Source: Candidatus Cloacimonadales bacterium
GTDB lineage: Bacteria; Cloacimonadota; Cloacimonadia; Cloacimonadales; JAFGVF01
Direction of reading: 5' to 3'
Assembly: GCA_963667035.1 (NCBI GenBank)
Contig: OY762964.1
Coordinates: 1,440,001 to 1,504,000 of the forward strand
Length of the DNA: 64,000 bases
Part shown: positions 60,567 through 64,000 of the stretch, one piece after another
Position numbering within the stretch: the stretch's first letter is position 1
Layout of the letters: every line of letters begins with the position of its first letter
Position numbers and translations under genes: made by a program
The notes under the pieces: model-generated
The model's input: only the letters and a program-made list of their open reading frames with translations
Databases searched by the model: none
What the model was told of the DNA's origin: nothing

Positions 60567-61428
60567 TTTTTGTTATCCGTATTGAATCATACGGATTATC
60601 CAGATCAAAAGAGATAACACACGCTTCATCTCTTTCCGAAGCACCCTGAAAAGCCAGATTATCTCCAATCGTATCAGTGTATTCGCCGGTTATTCGAGTT
60701 GATTCGTGAACGTGTCCATGCATTGTAAGATAGAACTTTCGGTTTTCTAACAACCTTTTCAAAGCTATTGAGCCTATGTTAACATCTAGTGGAGCATAAT
60801 CAATCATCTTTCCATCTAAATCAGCTCTATCAAGCTTAGTTTGATAAGGTGGTGTATGTGAAAGCAATATAGTTCTTTCTGTGGCACATGAATCGAATAA
60901 TTCTTCAAAGTCTTCCTTAATTGTTGTATACTTCAGCTCATATTCAGTAATACTACTATCGTGATATCCTTGTTCAGGAGCAACACAACCCACATCAACA
61001 AATCTGGAGACATCGTATTTTTCCCAATCTTTATTCATAAATGGAGTTGGAGGTACAAAATTGTAACCTACAATTATCCAGTTTTTAAACTGTATCTTCT
61101 TTTTATGACAATAGGTAAGCAACCCCGTGAATTTGTCCCCAAGTAGTATCTCTTCTGAGATTCTGTTATCATCATTACCCATGATAACAAATATTTCAGG
61201 ATAGCACTCCCCCATCTCTTCCTTTAACTTCTGCAATTCAACCTTAAGGAATCCACAGAGAAATGAATCTGATTTCTCTGATACAGCATCACGTATACTG
61301 TTAAAAGGTAACAGTATATCTCCTCCAATAAAAACAACTTCTGGTTCTATTTCTCTAATCTTTTCAAACAGATAGTTATATTTAAACTTGTTGCCGTGTA
61401 AGTCCGAAGTAAGTAAAGCTCTTATCAT
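60556..61428 (-). CDS. Calcineurin-like metallophosphoesterase (Icc-related)
   Basis: SDLHG, GGDI, MGNDD, SHTPP and HGHVHE motifs. Confidence 0.9.
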   Translation of the reverse strand: MIRALLTSDLHGNKFKYNYLFEKIREIEPEVVFIGGDILLPFNSIRDAVSEKSDSFLCGFLKVELQKLKEEMGECYPEIFVIMGNDDNRISEEILLGDKFTGLLTYCHKKKIQFKNWIIVGYNFVPPTPFMNKDWEKYDVSRFVDVGCVAPEQGYHDSSITEYELKYTTIKEDFEELFDSCATERTILLSHTPPYQTKLDRADLDGKMIDYAPLDVNIGSIALKRLLENRKFYLTMHGHVHESTRITGEYTDTIGDNLAFQGASERDEACVISFDLDNPYDSIRITKTKL

Positions 61429-64000
61429 CTTTTAACCTTTAACAGCTTAGCTGCATCAGTTACTGCTCCAATCTTTATTGCAAAACTATCCTTCTCCAGA
61501 ATATCATGGTCGGAAATAATATGTATATCCAAAAGACCATCGGTTTTGTAACCTGTTCTCAGATAATTCATTCTAGCAAGACATTTACTCCAACCTTCAA
61601 ACCAAGCAAGTAATTGCTGCTTCTTAATCTCATTACCTCTGAAATGAACAAGTAAATCAATATCACTTCCGGGACCGGCTGTTGCATTTTTAACACTACC
61701 AAAAATATATAAATTAACAACCCCATACTTCTTAGAATCGAGTTGTAATGCTAGATATTCACTCATTTGAAGTCTCCATAACCAGTAATTGTCTGTATTC
61801 TCTTCTTCATAATATGCTTTAAGTGAACTTGTTTTTCTACCGTCAGCAACTCCAAAGTAAGCTATTGCTTGTTCCAAATCTGCATTCATGAATATCTTTA
61901 ACACATGTCCGGATGTTTCCTTTTGTACATCGAACACTTGAACGCAATTTGATAAGTATGAGTATTTTGGGAGTAAGGTTGATAAAATGTTCTCCCCTCT
62001 CACAAAGAAGTTAGTATTAAAGATATAACCTTTTTCATCCGGATAAAGTGGGATGTAGCGTATAGTAGACTCAACAAGATCTTGAAAGAAATGTGTTCCA
62101 AACGAAAGGTCGGGAGCAAAATTTGCTTGTTCCTTAGCTACTTCAATCAATGCTGATGTGTTGCTTATTTCTGAATACGACACATCGACTCCGAGTTTAA
62201 TATCTCCTTTACTACCCCATCTACCCGGACCAATAAGAATAAACTTCTTCTTAGGAAGTATTGAATTCAATTTTCCGACACAACGACCTACAGCTTTCAA
62301 GTCTTCCAAAGTCTTGAGTTTTTTATACTTTATCGGGTCTACATAAACAATATGAGTTACTTCAGGAATTATTCCATTAGAGATATGCTTCCCGGCTGTG
62401 AAAAGTATATCTTTTTCAGGTATATCCTGAGGAATAGGTGCTGGCTCTACTTCTTTAGAGAAACATTGCGGTCGACACTGAAGAAGATATATAACATCAT
62501 TAATAACAGCAAACTCGATATCTACGGGTGTTGACATTTTATCCTCCAGAACATCAAGGAGTCTCTTTATTCTGTTCATAAACTGAGTATCTGTCATTAA
62601 TGATCTGAAAGTAACAATTAGGTCATCTTTAGCAAAATCAATGTTGAATACAGCCTTCTGATGAATAAATCCATTCTCGTTAACACTGAAGATTCTATTT
62701 AGCATTGGGAAACTATCTTGAAACTTATGAAGGGCATCTTCAATCTTCATAGTCTCAAAGGTATTAGTTTCAAGATTAATCAAATCAATATGTTTGGGTG
62801 AATACTTTAGTATCTCATCAGGAGAAGCATTAACCCTAATTCCTGGTTGACCGGGAGAAGCAAGCACAGGATAATCATCACTAACTCTATCTACTGCTCT
62901 GGTACCAAGTCCGGGAACTAATCTCACTAATCCATCTTCTCTCTTTATTCTAGGAGACCATCTGAATTCATTACTTGAGAAAGCTACTCCCGCAAACGCA
63001 GGAAGATAGTAGTTTCCTACTTTTGTGCCAACAACTTCCTGAATCATTATAGCCATCTCTTCATGAAAATCTACAAGACCATGATCTTTTCTGTATTCAA
63101 TCGGGTCAGGAGCTACAATTGAAGCATAAACTTCTGCTATTGCATCCATTAAAGCACTTAATCTTTCTTTTTTATTGCCTTGATTAGCTAAAAAGAGGCT
63201 TTTATACTTACCTGAAAATGAGGTTCCAAAGCTATCTTCTAATAACGATGAACTCCTTACTATGATTGGTGAATTACCAAAAGAATCTAGAGCTTGTGCT
63301 AGTTCTTTTGCTATATCATGAGGGAAGTAAGAGTTTTTAAACATTTGCACAATATTATGATATTCTGCTCTTATCTGTTCAATGTCTTTATACTTCTGCT
63401 CAATCACTTCTTCCAGATTATTGTAATGAATGAAAGATTGCATGGCATCAGATGTTATATACCAACTTTTGGGAGTTCTAATTCCTTTCTGAAACTCTAA
63501 ATCAGTTTCGCTTTTAACTATATTATAAGCAAAAAACAGACCTGTACTCTTTCCTCCAAGTCTTCCATGAGAATTCTTTGGAGAGATTGTATGTTGGAGC
63601 ACATCATAGAAGTCCTCTATTTGAATATAATTCTTAGCTATGCGAATAAACTCTAGTTGGGAAGTGAACAAGCGTTGTATCAGAAGAACTTTTAAGTTAA
63701 GCTGAGAATATGGAGACAGGTTCTCTTTACTAATCTTTAAGTGTTGATATCTGACTATAGCATCTTGAAGCTCTGCTAATGACGTTTCTTTATCTTCAAG
63801 TGCAGTTATCAGAAAGCTAAGTTTATCTTCTTGTATCCATTTATGTATGTACTCAAGAACTTCTTCATTAGGTAAACAACATTCTGCAATTTCAAAGACC
63901 TTATGACTCACCGCTTCCATATCCAGGTATTCTTGTTTTTTTAAAGGTTTATTAGCATCTAGTATATCCTCCGTATCTGATTCTGATCTGGTTATACCTG
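61425..64000 (-). CDS. PPDK/PEP-synthase N-terminal (ATP-grasp) domain protein fused to a C-terminal nucleotidyltransferase (5' end lies outside window)
   Basis: GGKSTG, VRSSSLLED, FSGKYKS, DIEFA, LLQCRP; SFGTHFF; C-terminal YIFGSV...SDIDLLV...LDIH. The frame stays open from 63920 to the window end. Confidence 0.88.
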   Translation of the reverse strand, partial: GITRSESDTEDILDANKPLKKQEYLDMEAVSHKVFEIAECCLPNEEVLEYIHKWIQEDKLSFLITALEDKETSLAELQDAIVRYQHLKISKENLSPYSQLNLKVLLIQRLFTSQLEFIRIAKNYIQIEDFYDVLQHTISPKNSHGRLGGKSTGLFFAYNIVKSETDLEFQKGIRTPKSWYITSDAMQSFIHYNNLEEVIEQKYKDIEQIRAEYHNIVQMFKNSYFPHDIAKELAQALDSFGNSPIIVRSSSLLEDSFGTSFSGKYKSLFLANQGNKKERLSALMDAIAEVYASIVAPDPIEYRKDHGLVDFHEEMAIMIQEVVGTKVGNYYLPAFAGVAFSSNEFRWSPRIKREDGLVRLVPGLGTRAVDRVSDDYPVLASPGQPGIRVNASPDEILKYSPKHIDLINLETNTFETMKIEDALHKFQDSFPMLNRIFSVNENGFIHQKAVFNIDFAKDDLIVTFRSLMTDTQFMNRIKRLLDVLEDKMSTPVDIEFAVINDVIYLLQCRPQCFSKEVEPAPIPQDIPEKDILFTAGKHISNGIIPEVTHIVYVDPIKYKKLKTLEDLKAVGRCVGKLNSILPKKKFILIGPGRWGSKGDIKLGVDVSYSEISNTSALIEVAKEQANFAPDLSFGTHFFQDLVESTIRYIPLYPDEKGYIFNTNFFVRGENILSTLLPKYSYLSNCVQVFDVQKETSGHVLKIFMNADLEQAIAYFGVADGRKTSSLKAYYEEENTDNYWLWRLQMSEYLALQLDSKKYGVVNLYIFGSVKNATAGPGSDIDLLVHFRGNEIKKQQLLAWFEGWSKCLARMNYLRTGYKTDGLLDIHIISDHDILEKDSFAIKIGAVTDAAKLLKVKR

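Overview
Low-GC chromosomal window from a diderm anaerobe, most likely Candidatus Cloacimonadota. This rests on a Kce very close to the Cloacimonas enzyme and a secreted protein ending in LPVELSSF plus a FlgD/T9SS-type Ig tail; MsbA, LpxH, LolCD, TamB and Omp85 support a diderm envelope. Most of it is housekeeping and envelope genes: secDF, msbA, lolC/E-lolD-tamB-dcp-DUF4159-lpxH-ppi, hflKC, thrS, phnDCE, kce, lepB-hemW-mlaD-Omp85-HD-rnhC and trmJ. Two accessory zones interrupt them. The first (~18.1-31.4 kb) holds IS remnants, DUF2130, a cassette-like DUF3667 gene and a 1.4-kaa mosaic secreted protein. The second (~42.9-47.9 kb) holds an ABC-ATPase/HEPN-like candidate defence gene and a Y1/HUH transposase embedded in REP-like hairpin modules. 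No rRNA, tRNA or CRISPR array was found. The most unusual signals are: (i) ~90-bp elements with CA(C/G)TG pentamers phased every 11 bp, present twice with identical geometry, alongside sister 11-bp arrays built on other cores; (ii) the TnpA(Y1)-REP locus with covarying ATAG-footed hairpins; (iii) a dikinase-like protein fused to a nucleotidyltransferase and coupled to a metallophosphoesterase; (iv) a promoter/terminator-bounded structured ncRNA candidate at ~6.4-6.6 kb. All family assignments come from motif recognition by eye; no searches were run.
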